Of a DNA stretch of 64,000 bases, positions 54,201-64,000 are shown in pieces. This DNA comes from Escherichia coli (GTDB taxonomy: Bacteria; Pseudomonadota; Gammaproteobacteria; Enterobacterales; Enterobacteriaceae). The notes below the pieces were generated by a model, which ran no database searches, was not told the DNA's origin, and saw only the letters and a list, made by a program, of their open reading frames with translations. Every line of letters starts with the position of its first letter. Positions within the stretch are counted from its first letter, which is position 1. The position numbers were made by a program, and so were the translations under genes. The stretch lies in the NCBI RefSeq assembly GCF_030013205.1, contig NZ_CP122648.1; one strand, given 5' to 3'.

Positions 54201-55797
54201 TAATGCGCGGCTGACTGGAGAGCACGGCGAATGGGGTGTCGTCGCCCATCGAACCGACCGCTTCCTGACCGTTTTCGCCCAGTACGCGAATTACGGAGTC
54301 CAGCTCTTCCGCGCTGTAGTTAAACTGTTTCTGGTAGCTGGCAAGTGTGTCGTCGTCCAGTTCGCGGCTACCCACTTCTTCATCGGGCAGATCTTCAAAC
54401 GGTACCAGTCGGCGGACGTTTTTCTCCATCCACTCTTTATATGGATGGCGGCTTTTCAGATCGTCATCAGTTTCTGCCGAGTGCAGAATGCGCCCACTGC
54501 GAGTGTCGATCACCATCAGTTCGCCTGGCCCGACGCGGCCTTTTTCGACCACTTCGTCAGGCTGATAATCCCAGATACCGACTTCAGAGGCGCAGGTGAT
54601 GAGCTTATCTTTGGTGATGACGTAGCGCGCCGGACGCAGACCGTTACGGTCGAGGTTACAGGCGGCAAAACGACCATCGGACATCACGATGCCCGCCGGG
54701 CCATCCCACGGCTCCATATGCATGGAGTTAAAGTCAAAGAAGGCACGCAGTTCCGGGTCCATATCCGGGTTGTTCTGCCAGGCGGGTGGTACTAACAGAC
54801 GCATGGCGCGGATGATATCCATCCCGCCTGCCAGCAGCAGTTCCAGCATGTTATCCATGGAACTGGAGTCAGAGCCGGTTTCGTTGACGAACGGCGCGGC
54901 GTCGTGCAGGTCAGGGATCAGCGGCGTCTGGAATTTATAGGTACGCGCACGCGCCCATTGGCGGTTGCCGGTGATGGTGTTGATTTCACCGTTATGCGCC
55001 AGGTAGCGGAACGGCTGCGCCAGCGGCCAGCGCGGTACGGTGTTAGTGGAGAAGCGCTGGTGGAACAGGCAAATGGCCGATTCCAGACGCAGGTCCGCAA
55101 GATCCAGGTAGAAGCGCGGTAGATCCGCCGGCATACACAGACCTTTATAGATGTTCACCAGATTCGACAGGCTACAGACGTAGAAGTCTTTGTCGGCTTC
55201 GAGACGCTTTTCAATGCGGCGGCGGGCGATAAACAGACGGCGCTCCATATCGCGCGGACGCCAGCCTGCCGGGGCGTTCACAAAAATTTGCTCAATGCGT
55301 GGCAGAGAGGAGAGGGCGATTTCACCCAGCACGCCTTCGTTGGTGGGGACATCACGCCAGCCCACAATCGATAAGGTTTCGCGTTGCAGCTCTTCTTCAA
55401 CGATGCGGCGTGCGGCAGCGGCGAGTTCAGGATCTTTATTCAGGAAGAGCATCCCGACGGCGTAGTTTTTCGCTAAACGCCAGCCGCGCTCCTGCGCAAC
55501 GATGCGAAAAAAGCGATCCGGTTTTTGTAACAGCAAGCCGCAACCGTCACCGGTTTTACCATCGGCGAGAATCGCGCCACGGTGCTGCATGCGGGCCAGT
55601 GCGTGTATTGCAGTACGCACTACCTTGTGGCTAGGTTCGCCTTCTATGTGGGCGATCAGGCCGAAACCACAGTTATCCCTCTCAAGGGATTTATCGTACA
55701 ACATATCGTGAACCTCCCCCAGGCTCTGCGGGAACCCCACTTCCGAACCGCTGCGCACGGGCACAGAAAGAGCGTGGCGACGGGGGTTGCGTGTCAT
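51244..55797 (-). CDS. gltB: glutamate synthase (NADPH) large subunit
   Basis: ORF 51244..55812 trimmed to [53 protein letters not shown]... (1517 aa, includes propeptide). Confidence 0.95.
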   Translation of the reverse strand: MTRNPRRHALSVPVRSGSEVGFPQSLGEVHDMLYDKSLERDNCGFGLIAHIEGEPSHKVVRTAIHALARMQHRGAILADGKTGDGCGLLLQKPDRFFRIVAQERGWRLAKNYAVGMLFLNKDPELAAAARRIVEEELQRETLSIVGWRDVPTNEGVLGEIALSSLPRIEQIFVNAPAGWRPRDMERRLFIARRRIEKRLEADKDFYVCSLSNLVNIYKGLCMPADLPRFYLDLADLRLESAICLFHQRFSTNTVPRWPLAQPFRYLAHNGEINTITGNRQWARARTYKFQTPLIPDLHDAAPFVNETGSDSSSMDNMLELLLAGGMDIIRAMRLLVPPAWQNNPDMDPELRAFFDFNSMHMEPWDGPAGIVMSDGRFAACNLDRNGLRPARYVITKDKLITCASEVGIWDYQPDEVVEKGRVGPGELMVIDTRSGRILHSAETDDDLKSRHPYKEWMEKNVRRLVPFEDLPDEEVGSRELDDDTLASYQKQFNYSAEELDSVIRVLGENGQEAVGSMGDDTPFAVLSSQPRIIYDYFRQQFAQVTNPPIDPLREAHVMSLATSIGREMNVFCEAEGQAHRLSFKSPILLYSDFKQLTTMKEEHYRADTLDITFDVTKTTLEATVKELCDKAEKMVRSGTVLLVLSDRNIAKDRLPVPAPMAVGAIQTRLVDQSLRCDANIIVETASARDPHHFAVLLGFGATAIYPYLAYETLGRLVDTHAIAKDYRTVMLNYRNGINKGLYKIMSKMGISTIASYRCSKLFEAVGLHDDVVGLCFQGAVSRIGGASFEDFQQDLLNLSKRAWLARKPISQGGLLKYVHGGEYHAYNPDVVRTLQQAVQSGEYSDYQEYAKLVNERPATTLRDLLAITPGENAVNIADVEPASELFKRFDTAAMSIGALSPEAHEALAEAMNSIGGNSNSGEGGEDPARYGTNKVSRIKQVASGRFGVTPAYLVNADVIQIKVAQGAKPGEGGQLPGDKVTPYIAKLRYSVPGVTLISPPPHHDIYSIEDLAQLIFDLKQVNPKAMISVKLVSEPGVGTIATGVAKAYADLITIAGYDGGTGASPLSSVKYAGCPWELGLVETQQALVANGLRHKIRLQVDGGLKTGVDIIKAAILGAESFGFGTGPMVALGCKYLRICHLNNCATGVATQDDKLRKNHYHGLPFKVTNYFEFIARETRELMAQLGVTRLVDLIGRTDLLKELDGFTAKQQKLALSKLLETAEPHPGKALYCTENNPPFDNGLLNAQLLQQAKPFVDERQSKTFWFDIRNTDRSVGASLSGYIAQTHGDQGLAADPIKAYFNGTAGQSFGVWNAGGVELYLTGDANDYVGKGMAGGLIAIRPPVGSAFRSHEASIIGNTCLYGATGGRLYAAGRAGERFGVRNSGAITVVEGIGDNGCEYMTGGIVCILGKTGVNFGAGMTGGFAYVLDESGDFRKRVNPELVEVLSVDDLAIHEEHLRGLITEHVQHTGSQRGEEILANWSTFATKFALVKPKSSDVKALLGHRSRSAAELRVQAQ

Positions 55798-56378
55798 ACG
55801 CGCGCCTCGCATTCGCCCCCTTGTTGTCCTTTTCGCATCGGTTAATACGGTGAAGAGGGGATCTCAATTACTGCATAAATATGATGAGCAGGCTGCTCAT
55901 CCAGAAAGCTTCCAGCGGATTTCCAACTTATCGGGAAAGCTGATACAGGTCAAATGGCAAGCTTATTGGTACAGAAATGTGCTTTAGCGCAAAATTCTTT
56001 ATTAATTTGCTGAAATTAAAGTGGATTTTCTATTTAAGGCTAAAAGGGGCGTCGTTAGAGAAACAGTCAATTCCTGACTGTCATAAAGGCGTGTTAACCC
56101 TTATCCTGCCTTGAACTGACGAGAAAGCCAGCATTTTATACTGCTTTAATTGGTAATGGCATTTTATGCTACTGTTTTTGCCTAAAATCCATAAGGAGAT
56201 AAAAAAATCTGACACAAGATAAGCAAAAATGATTTATGTGATCATGCATGAAATTTCGGTAATTTTGATTGATTATGCAGTTGATAAAAGCAGGCCGGGA
56301 CGATTGATCCAGGTCATCGCCGAATTGAGCTAAAAATGGCAGGCTTTGGCCTCTTTTCAAGGCGCGGTCTATCAGATT

Positions 56379-57308
56379 ATGCAGTTACAGAAATTAGTCA
56401 ATATGTTTGGTGGTGATCTCACCCGTCGTTATGGGCAAAAGGTGCATAAGCTGACGCTGCACGGCGGTTTTAGCTGCCCTAACCGTGACGGTACCATCGG
56501 GCGTGGTGGCTGCACATTCTGTAATGTTGCCTCGTTTGCCGATGAAGCGCAGCAACATCGTTCCATTGCCGAACAACTGGCGCACCAGGCGAATTTAGTT
56601 AACCGCGCTAAACGCTATCTGGCCTACTTTCAGGCGTATACCAGCACCTTTGCGGAAGTTCAGGTGCTGCGTTCTATGTATCAGCAGGCGGTGAGCCAGG
56701 CCAATATTGTCGGTTTGTGTGTTGGTACCCGCCCGGACTGCGTGCCGGATGCAGTGCTGGATCTGCTTTGTGAATATAAAGACCAGGGCTACGAAGTGTG
56801 GCTGGAGCTGGGGCTACAAACCGCCCACGACAAAACGCTACATCGCATCAACCGCGGCCATGATTTTGCCTGTTATCAGCGTACAACCCAGCTGGCACGT
56901 CAGCGCGGGCTGAAGGTGTGTTCCCACTTAATTGTCGGCCTGCCTGGCGAAGGGCAGGCTGAATGTTTGCAAACGCTGGAGCGAGTGGTTGAAACCGGCG
57001 TGGACGGCATAAAGCTGCATCCGCTGCATATTGTGAAAGGCAGCATTATGGCGAAAGCCTGGGAAGCGGGGCGTTTGAACGGTATTGAACTGGAGGATTA
57101 CACGCTCACTGCCGGAGAAATGATTCGCCATACGCCACCGGAAGTGATCTACCACCGCATTTCCGCCAGCGCCCGTCGCCCGACGCTGCTTGCTCCTCTG
57201 TGGTGCGAAAATCGATGGACGGGAATGGTCGAGCTGGATCGTTATCTGAATGAACATGGCGTACAGGGATCGGCGCTGGGACGTCCGTGGCTACCTCCAA
57301 CGGAGTAG
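56379..57308 (+). CDS. yhcC: radical SAM protein YhcC
   Basis: ORF 56346..57308 trimmed to MQLQKLVNMFGGDLTRRYGQK... (309 aa); Cys-rich cluster motif region (CPNRDGTIGRGGCTFC). Confidence 0.85.
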   Translation: MQLQKLVNMFGGDLTRRYGQKVHKLTLHGGFSCPNRDGTIGRGGCTFCNVASFADEAQQHRSIAEQLAHQANLVNRAKRYLAYFQAYTSTFAEVQVLRSMYQQAVSQANIVGLCVGTRPDCVPDAVLDLLCEYKDQGYEVWLELGLQTAHDKTLHRINRGHDFACYQRTTQLARQRGLKVCSHLIVGLPGEGQAECLQTLERVVETGVDGIKLHPLHIVKGSIMAKAWEAGRLNGIELEDYTLTAGEMIRHTPPEVIYHRISASARRPTLLAPLWCENRWTGMVELDRYLNEHGVQGSALGRPWLPPTE

Positions 57309-57403
57309 TCCATTGAGGGGGATTCCGCATTTCTCACACAATTTATAACGTAACTGTCAGAATTGGGTATTATTGGGGCAGGTTGTCGTGAAGGAATTCC
57401 CTA

Positions 57404-59740
57404 ATGAAGCAAATTCGTCTGCTGGCGCAGTATTATGTTGACCTGATGATGAAGTTAGGTCTGGTGCGCTTCTCAATGTTGCTGGCGCTGGCCCTCGTCG
57501 TTCTTGCCATTGTGGTACAAATGGCGGTAACCATGGTGCTGCATGGTCAGGTCGAAAGCATTGATGTTATTCGTTCTATCTTCTTTGGTTTGCTGATTAC
57601 GCCGTGGGCGGTCTACTTTCTATCGGTGGTCGTCGAGCAACTGGAGGAGTCACGGCAACGTCTGTCACGGCTGGTGCAAAAACTGGAGGAGATGCGCGAG
57701 CGCGATTTGAGCCTCAACGTTCAGTTAAAAGATAATATTGCCCAGCTAAATCAGGAAATCGCCGTTCGTGAAAAAGCGGAAGCAGAACTGCAGGAAACCT
57801 TCGGCCAACTGAAAATTGAAATTAAAGAGCGCGAAGAGACACAAATTCAGCTCGAACAGCAATCCTCATTCTTACGTTCCTTTCTTGATGCTTCACCCGA
57901 CCTGGTTTTTTATCGTAACGAAGATAAAGAGTTTTCCGGCTGTAACCGCGCGATGGAGCTGCTGACCGGAAAAAGCGAAAAACAACTGGTTCACCTGAAA
58001 CCTGCTGATGTTTACTCACCGGAAGCCGCCGCAAAAGTCATTGAAACCGATGAAAAAGTGTTCCGTCATAATGTGTCACTGACCTATGAACAGTGGCTGG
58101 ATTACCCGGACGGGCGCAAAGCCTGTTTTGAAATCCGTAAAGTGCCGTACTACGACCGCGTGGGTAAACGTCACGGTTTGATGGGTTTTGGTCGCGACAT
58201 TACCGAGCGTAAGCGGTATCAGGATGCGCTTGAACGGGCCAGCCGCGACAAAACGACGTTTATCTCCACCATCAGTCACGAATTGCGTACACCGCTGAAT
58301 GGTATCGTCGGCCTGAGCCGCATTCTGCTGGATACCGAACTCACCGCCGAGCAGGAAAAATATCTCAAAACCATCCATGTTTCGGCCGTCACGCTCGGGA
58401 ATATCTTCAACGATATTATCGACATGGATAAGATGGAACGGCGTAAGGTCCAGCTTGATAATCAGCCGGTTGATTTCACCAGCTTCCTTGCCGATCTGGA
58501 AAATCTCTCCGCATTGCAGGCGCAACAAAAAGGATTGCGCTTTAATCTGGAGCCTACGCTGCCATTACCGCATCAGGTCATTACCGACGGGACGCGTTTA
58601 CGGCAGATCCTGTGGAATCTCATCAGTAACGCCGTCAAATTCACCCAGCAAGGCCAGGTTACCGTGCGCGTGCGCTACGATGAAGGCGATATGCTGCATT
58701 TTGAAGTGGAAGACTCTGGTATCGGCATTCCGCAGGATGAGCTGGATAAAATCTTTGCCATGTATTACCAGGTGAAAGACAGTCATGGCGGTAAACCTGC
58801 CACCGGCACCGGTATTGGTCTGGCCGTTTCTCGTCGTCTGGCGAAAAATATGGGCGGCGATATTACGGTTACCAGCGAACAGGGTAAAGGTTCAACCTTT
58901 ACGTTGACGATCCACGCACCGTCGGTGGCTGAAGAGGTCGATGATGCGTTTGATGAAGACGATATGCCTTTACCGGCGCTGAATGTGCTGCTGGTGGAAG
59001 ACATTGAACTGAACGTGATTGTCGCGCGTTCTGTGCTGGAAAAATTAGGTAACAGCGTTGATGTCGCCATGACCGGCAAGGCGGCGCTGGAGATGTTTAA
59101 ACCGGGCGAATACGACCTGGTATTGCTGGATATTCAGTTGCCAGATATGACCGGGCTGGATATCTCTCGTGAACTGACGAAGCGTTATCCGCGCGAGGAT
59201 TTACCGCCGCTGGTGGCCTTAACCGCTAACGTGCTGAAAGACAAGCAAGAGTACCTCAATGCTGGAATGGATGATGTGCTGAGTAAGCCGCTTTCTGTTC
59301 CGGCGCTAACCGCGATGATCAAGAAATTCTGGGATACCCAGGATGATGAGGAGAGTACGGTGACGACAGAAGAGAACAGTAAATCAGAAGCATTGCTCGA
59401 TATTCCCATGCTGGAACAGTATCTCGAACTTGTAGGACCGAAGCTGATCACCGACGGGTTAGCGGTGTTTGAGAAGATGATGCCGGGCTATGTCAGCGTG
59501 CTGGAGTCGAATCTGACGGCGCAGGATAAAAAAGGCATTGTTGAGGAAGGACATAAAATTAAAGGTGCGGCGGGGTCAGTGGGGTTACGCCATCTGCAAC
59601 AGCTGGGTCAGCAAATTCAGTCTCCTGACCTTCCCGCCTGGGAAGATAACGTCGGTGAATGGATTGAAGAGATGAAAGAAGAGTGGCGTCACGACGTAGA
59701 AGTACTGAAAGCGTGGGTGGCAAAAGCCACTAAAAAATGA
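57404..59740 (+). CDS. arcB: aerobic respiration control sensor histidine kinase ArcB
   Basis: 778-aa ORF MKQIRLLAQYYVDLMMKLGLVRFSMLLALALVV...; transmembrane, PAS, kinase, receiver and HPt modules. Confidence 0.95.
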   Translation: MKQIRLLAQYYVDLMMKLGLVRFSMLLALALVVLAIVVQMAVTMVLHGQVESIDVIRSIFFGLLITPWAVYFLSVVVEQLEESRQRLSRLVQKLEEMRERDLSLNVQLKDNIAQLNQEIAVREKAEAELQETFGQLKIEIKEREETQIQLEQQSSFLRSFLDASPDLVFYRNEDKEFSGCNRAMELLTGKSEKQLVHLKPADVYSPEAAAKVIETDEKVFRHNVSLTYEQWLDYPDGRKACFEIRKVPYYDRVGKRHGLMGFGRDITERKRYQDALERASRDKTTFISTISHELRTPLNGIVGLSRILLDTELTAEQEKYLKTIHVSAVTLGNIFNDIIDMDKMERRKVQLDNQPVDFTSFLADLENLSALQAQQKGLRFNLEPTLPLPHQVITDGTRLRQILWNLISNAVKFTQQGQVTVRVRYDEGDMLHFEVEDSGIGIPQDELDKIFAMYYQVKDSHGGKPATGTGIGLAVSRRLAKNMGGDITVTSEQGKGSTFTLTIHAPSVAEEVDDAFDEDDMPLPALNVLLVEDIELNVIVARSVLEKLGNSVDVAMTGKAALEMFKPGEYDLVLLDIQLPDMTGLDISRELTKRYPREDLPPLVALTANVLKDKQEYLNAGMDDVLSKPLSVPALTAMIKKFWDTQDDEESTVTTEENSKSEALLDIPMLEQYLELVGPKLITDGLAVFEKMMPGYVSVLESNLTAQDKKGIVEEGHKIKGAAGSVGLRHLQQLGQQIQSPDLPAWEDNVGEWIEEMKEEWRHDVEVLKAWVAKATKK

Positions 59741-59852
59741 CCCCGGCTAGACCGGGGTGCGCGAATACTGCGCCAACACCAGGGAAATCTTGGCTGCGCC
59801 GTAAATTATTATGATGAGTTACAAGGGCACAGCACTGTTTTTCAGGCCGCAC
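59732..59852 (-). ncRNA. arcZ: small regulatory RNA ArcZ (SraH/RyhA)
   Basis: Minus-strand sequence GTGCGGCCTGAAAAACAGTGCTGTGCCCTTGTAACTCATCATAATAATTTACGGCGCAGCCAAGATTTCCCTGGTGTTGGCGCAGTATTCGCGCACCCCGGTCTAGCCGGGGTCATTTTTT matches ArcZ as I recall it; its terminator overlaps the arcB stop codon. Confidence 0.85.
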
Positions 59853-59969
59853 GCAGTTAAGATAGCAAAACTTAAATGATTTGTTACATGAATCAGTTAA
59901 ATGTGTGATGCGTAGCATTTTTATTAAAAAAATTAATGTGTTTCAGTCAATTGCGAAAGGATGATCACA

Positions 59970-60623
59970 ATGAAGAAAATTGGCGTAATTCTGAGCGGAT
60001 GCGGCGTCTATGACGGTTCTGAAATTCATGAAGCGGTGTTGACGTTGTTAGCTATTTCACGCAGCGGTGCGCAGGCGGTCTGCTTTGCACCGGATAAGCA
60101 GCAGGTTGATGTTATCAACCATTTAACGGGCGAAGCGATGACGGAAACGCGCAATGTGCTGATTGAAGCGGCACGAATAACGCGCGGTGAAATCCGTCCT
60201 CTGGCCCAGGCCGATGCCGCTGAACTGGATGCGTTGATTGTGCCGGGGGGGTTTGGCGCGGCGAAGAATTTAAGCAATTTTGCCAGTCTTGGTAGCGAAT
60301 GCACCGTTGACCGTGAATTAAAGGCGCTGGCACAAGCGATGCATCAGGCCGGAAAACCGCTTGGTTTTATGTGTATTGCCCCGGCGATGCTGCCGAAAAT
60401 TTTCGATTTCCCGCTGCGTTTGACCATCGGTACTGATATCGATACCGCAGAAGTGCTGGAAGAGATGGGCGCGGAGCATGTGCCGTGTCCTGTCGATGAT
60501 ATCGTGGTTGATGAAGACAATAAGATTGTCACCACCCCGGCATATATGCTGGCGCAGAACATTGCAGAAGCGGCGAGCGGCATTGATAAGCTGGTTTCCC
60601 GCGTGCTGGTCCTGGCGGAATGA
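59970..60623 (+). CDS. elbB: DJ-1/PfpI-fold protein ElbB (YhbL)
   Basis: ORF 59961..60623 trimmed to [29 protein letters not shown]... (217 aa). Confidence 0.9.
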   Translation: MKKIGVILSGCGVYDGSEIHEAVLTLLAISRSGAQAVCFAPDKQQVDVINHLTGEAMTETRNVLIEAARITRGEIRPLAQADAAELDALIVPGGFGAAKNLSNFASLGSECTVDRELKALAQAMHQAGKPLGFMCIAPAMLPKIFDFPLRLTIGTDIDTAEVLEEMGAEHVPCPVDDIVVDEDNKIVTTPAYMLAQNIAEAASGIDKLVSRVLVLAE

Positions 60624-61348
60624 GTAAAAGCCGCTTAACGGTGTTTAGTTTCATTCGCCGTTTTCTTCTGCGGTTAATGGTTGTCCTCGCCGTTTTCTGG
60701 GGCGGGGGCATTGCGTTGTTTAGCGTTGCGCCTGTTCCTTTCTCTGCGGTAATGGTCGAGCGGCAAGTCAGCGCCTGGCTGCATGGCAATTTTCGTTACG
60801 TGGCACATTCTGACTGGGTCAACATGGATCAAATCTCGCCGTGGATGGGACTGGCGGTGATTGCCGCAGAAGATCAGAAGTTTCCTGAGCACTGGGGCTT
60901 TGATGTCGCTTCCATTGAGCAAGCCCTGGCGCACAACGAACGCAATGAAAACCGTATTCGCGGTGCGTCGACGATTTCTCAGCAGACAGCCAAAAATCTC
61001 TTTTTATGGGATGGGCGCAGCTGGGTTCGAAAAGGGCTGGAAGCCGGATTAACGCTGGGGATAGAAACTGTCTGGAGCAAAAAGCGTATCCTGACGGTTT
61101 ACCTGAATATCGCCGAATTTGGCGACGGTGTGTTTGGCGTCGAAGCTGCGGCACAACGTTATTTCCACAAACCCGCGAGCAAACTTACCCGCTCGGAAGC
61201 TGCATTACTGGCTGCTGTATTACCTAATCCACTTCGTTTCAAAGTCTCCGCGCCATCGGGCTACGTGCGTAGCCGTCAGGCGTGGATTTTACGGCAGATG
61301 TATCAGTTAGGCGGTGAGTCGTTTATGCAACAGCACCAGCTGGATTAA
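60620..61348 (+). CDS. mtgA: monofunctional peptidoglycan glycosyltransferase
   Basis: 242-aa ORF with membrane anchor and transglycosylase domain; ATGA overlap with elbB. Confidence 0.9.
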   Translation: MSKSRLTVFSFIRRFLLRLMVVLAVFWGGGIALFSVAPVPFSAVMVERQVSAWLHGNFRYVAHSDWVNMDQISPWMGLAVIAAEDQKFPEHWGFDVASIEQALAHNERNENRIRGASTISQQTAKNLFLWDGRSWVRKGLEAGLTLGIETVWSKKRILTVYLNIAEFGDGVFGVEAAAQRYFHKPASKLTRSEAALLAAVLPNPLRFKVSAPSGYVRSRQAWILRQMYQLGGESFMQQHQLD

Positions 61349-61977
61349 GCTTCGCGCGAAGTGAGGGCCAGCGTTTTGCTCTCACGAGGTTGCAGATCTT
61401 TCTGCAGGGCAATAGCCAGCGCCGGTTGGGCGATAAATCGTTTCCATAACCGCTCTTGCTTACGCAGACAACACCACTTCGACCAGGTCGCCAGTGGAAT
61501 CAATGTGCTTTCACCAATGTTGTCGCAGACGACGGGGATAACCTCTGACTCACTGATGCGGTGACAGAGGATATTCTGCGGCTTCAGCGACATCGTCACG
61601 ATACGGTTATCCTGCAAATAACGCTTCAGCTGTTTCAGTAGCTGGCGCAGTTGTGCAATGTCTTCTTCGTAACGGCATTGTTCAGCAAATTCGGTCAGCG
61701 TAATGGAGGGTTTGCCGTCAAAATCTGCAATCACATCGTAGACATAACCGGTTCCGCAATCCGTCTCAACGGTACCGTGATAGCGCGGTATTCCACTCCA
61801 GTCTTTTAACCGACGACCAAGATGCGCGTAGTACTTTAACTCACGGCGGATCTCTTTATCGCCACCATCGCCACGATGGTAGACAATCTTGATACAGCGT
61901 TGGGCATCTTCCGGATGCGCATAACATTTCCGATGTCTTCCGGTGCCCAGGGGACTTTGTTCAGATAAGCGAATCAT
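61345..61977 (-). CDS. yrbL: PhoP-regulated kinase-fold protein YrbL
   Basis: ORF 61345..62034 trimmed to [34 protein letters not shown]... (210 aa). Confidence 0.8.
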   Translation of the reverse strand: MIRLSEQSPLGTGRHRKCYAHPEDAQRCIKIVYHRGDGGDKEIRRELKYYAHLGRRLKDWSGIPRYHGTVETDCGTGYVYDVIADFDGKPSITLTEFAEQCRYEEDIAQLRQLLKQLKRYLQDNRIVTMSLKPQNILCHRISESEVIPVVCDNIGESTLIPLATWSKWCCLRKQERLWKRFIAQPALAIALQKDLQPRESKTLALTSREA

Positions 61978-62189
61978 GCCATCTCCTGGAAATATTTTCT
62001 GACGATCTCCAGTATGGTCGATTAACTTAAACAAAACCTAAACAATGCCTCTTAAGGTTTTCTTAAGGTTCTTCTGAAAGTGAAAAGCGCACAAAATGTA
62101 CAAATGACGTTGATTGAGAACGATTTCAGTACGCGCTTTTCTTATTGCCGGAGGAGCTTGAAGGGATTTGAATGTCAAAGTGATGAAGA

Positions 62190-62462
62190 TTAATCTTCAT
62201 CAAAACCAGAGTTAAAGAGGGCGATAACGGCGGCCAGTGCTTCCTCTTCCTGTGGACCGGTCGCTTCAACTTCAATCTGCCGTCCTTTGGCAGAATCCAA
62301 CATCAGCAGCGCAATAACGCTGTTGGCTTCAGCCTCGGTGCCTTCGTCATTACGTAACAGCACTTCAGCGTCAAAACCCTGCATTAATTCAAACAGCTTC
62401 ATTGCAGGCCGGGCATGCATGCCCAGCTTGTTTGTGATTTCAACAGTTTGCTTGACGGTCAT
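62190..62462 (-). CDS. npr: nitrogen-related phosphocarrier protein NPr (PtsO)
   Basis: 90-aa HPr-like [29 protein letters not shown]... Confidence 0.9.
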
Positions 62463-63313
62463 GGTTTACGTTTTTCCAGCGTCCGATGGCGTGACTGGAC
62501 GTTTTTACCGCGCGAGCGGAAGTAGTCTGCCAGTTGCTCTGCAATATACACCGAACGGTGCTTCCCGCCGGTACAACCAATGGCGACCGTCAGGTAGCTA
62601 CGGTTGTTGGTTTCCAGCATAGGTAACCATAGCTCAAGATAGCTTCGCGTCTGGTAGATAAAATTGTGTACTTCTGTGTGGCGGTCGAGGAACGCGGCGA
62701 CAGGTTTATCAAGACCTGTCATTGGACGCAGTTTCGGATCCCAGTGCGGGTTCGGCAAGAAGCGCACGTCAAAGACGTAATCTGCATCGATAGGGATACC
62801 GTGTTTGAAGCCGAAAGACTCAAAGACCATTGTCAGTTCGCGTTCACGTTTACCCAGCAGACGGGTACGCAGCATTTCAGCCAGCTCGTGAACGGACATT
62901 TCTGAGGTATCGACAATCAGATCCGCTCGCGAACGCAGAGGCTCCAGCAAATCGCTTTCTTTGTCGATAGCACTTTCCAGCGACAGGTTTTTGCTGGAAA
63001 GCGGATGCAGTCGGCGCGTGTCACTGTAACGACGAATTAAGGTATTACGGTCGGCATCCAGGAACAGGAGTTGCGGTGAGAAAGCGTCAGGCAGGTTACT
63101 CATCGCCTGTTCGAATATTTCTGGTGACTCCGGCATATTACGAACATCAATGCTGACGGCGGCAGAAATCTCGCGATCGGCCAGGGTTCGAGCCAGATCG
63201 GGTAACAACACTACGGGAAGGTTATCCACGCAGTAAAAACCCATATCTTCCAGCGCACGCAGGGCGACAGATTTACCTGAACCTGAACGTCCGCTGACGA
63301 TCATCAGTACCAT
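62459..63313 (-). CDS. rapZ: RNase adaptor protein RapZ (YhbJ)
   Basis: 284-aa [36 protein letters not shown]... with Walker A; overlaps npr by 4 nt. Confidence 0.9.
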
Positions 63314-63358
63314 GTACTGTTTCTCCTCACAACGTCTAAAAGAGACATTACCGAATAA

Positions 63359-63850
63359 CTACGCTTCATCCGGAGTACCTTCGGTATCCGTAATGATTTG
63401 ATACAGCTCTTCATCGCTCTGGGCTGCGCGTAAACGGCGGCAGATGGTTTTGTCCGCCAGACGTTTCGCCACCAGTGACAGAGTATGCAGGTGCGTTTTA
63501 GTTTGGTCTGCCGGCACCAGCAGGGCAAAAAGTAAGTCCACCGGTTGGTTGTCGATGGCATCGAAAGCTATAGGCGTTTCGAGCTGAACGAAAACGCCAA
63601 CGGCGCGCAGAGTATCTTCTTCCAGTTTGCCATGCGGAATGGCAATACCATTGCCGATACCGGTACTGCCCATTTTTTCCCGCGTCAGGATAGCTTCAAA
63701 AACCACCTGAGGCGGCAGACTAAGTTGTTTCGCCGCCAGCTCGCTGATGATTTCCAGGGCGCGTTTTTTGCTCTGACAGTGGACGCGGCTTCGCGTACAT
63801 TCCCTGTTAAGAACACTGCTAAGCTGTAGAGTTGTATCATTATTTGTCAT
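63359..63850 (-). CDS. ptsN: nitrogen-related PTS enzyme IIA (EIIA-Ntr)
   Basis: ORF 63359..63874 trimmed to MTNNDTTLQLSSVLNRECTRSRVHCQSKKRALEIISELAAK... (163 aa). Confidence 0.9.
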   Translation of the reverse strand: MTNNDTTLQLSSVLNRECTRSRVHCQSKKRALEIISELAAKQLSLPPQVVFEAILTREKMGSTGIGNGIAIPHGKLEEDTLRAVGVFVQLETPIAFDAIDNQPVDLLFALLVPADQTKTHLHTLSLVAKRLADKTICRRLRAAQSDEELYQIITDTEGTPDEA

Positions 63851-63967
63851 AATTTCACCTAAGAACCTGCCCACTCAAACAGTGGAACAGGCTCGGAGCA
63901 TTAACCGTACAAATGGCCCGTTGTGCCGCACAACAGGCCGCCATGCACATGCTAATTGCCCGGACAA

Positions 63968-64000
63968 TTAGTGTTGTTTCAGTTTATCTTTATGTTTGGT
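63968..64000 (-). CDS. hpf: ribosome hibernation promoting factor Hpf, C-terminal 10 codons (gene continues past window end)
   Basis: Minus-strand frame ending ...TKHKDKLKQH-stop at 63968-63970, matching the Hpf C-terminus as recalled; expected position upstream of ptsN. Confidence 0.65.
   Translation of the reverse strand, partial: TKHKDKLKQH

Overview
This window reads as an Escherichia coli-type chromosomal segment, in reverse orientation to the K-12 map, running panF-yhdT / accBC / csrD / mreBCD-yhdE-rng / yhdP / tldD / aaeRXAB / argR / mdh / degSQ / zapE / rplM-rpsI / sspAB / dcuD / nanRATEK-yhcH / yhcG / gltBD / yhcC / arcB / elbB-mtgA / yrbL / npr-rapZ-ptsN-hpf. All identifications come from reading the six-frame translations and the DNA directly; no database search was run. 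Comparisons to K-12 gene order and protein lengths are from memory. Three things are not explained by the core map. (1) The strongest candidate for an undescribed system is an ~8.6 kb AT-rich islet inserted between yhdT and accC (about 1111-9772). It carries a DeoR-family regulator, two paralogous KdgK-like PfkB sugar kinases, a GatY/KbaY-like class II aldolase, an RbsBAC-like ABC importer and a mutarotase-fold protein of unknown function, arranged as two divergent operons around a palindrome-rich control region. I could not assign a substrate. (2) An IS200 copy sits between the convergent mdh and degS genes. (3) gltD is followed directly by yhcG, so gltF and the yhcADEF fimbrial-like genes appear to be absent, and yhcG is bracketed by an unusual family of related palindromes. 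The sRNA ArcZ, the NanR GGTATA operator, ARG boxes, REP-type repeats and several rho-independent terminators are also recognisable. No rRNA, tRNA or CRISPR array was seen.
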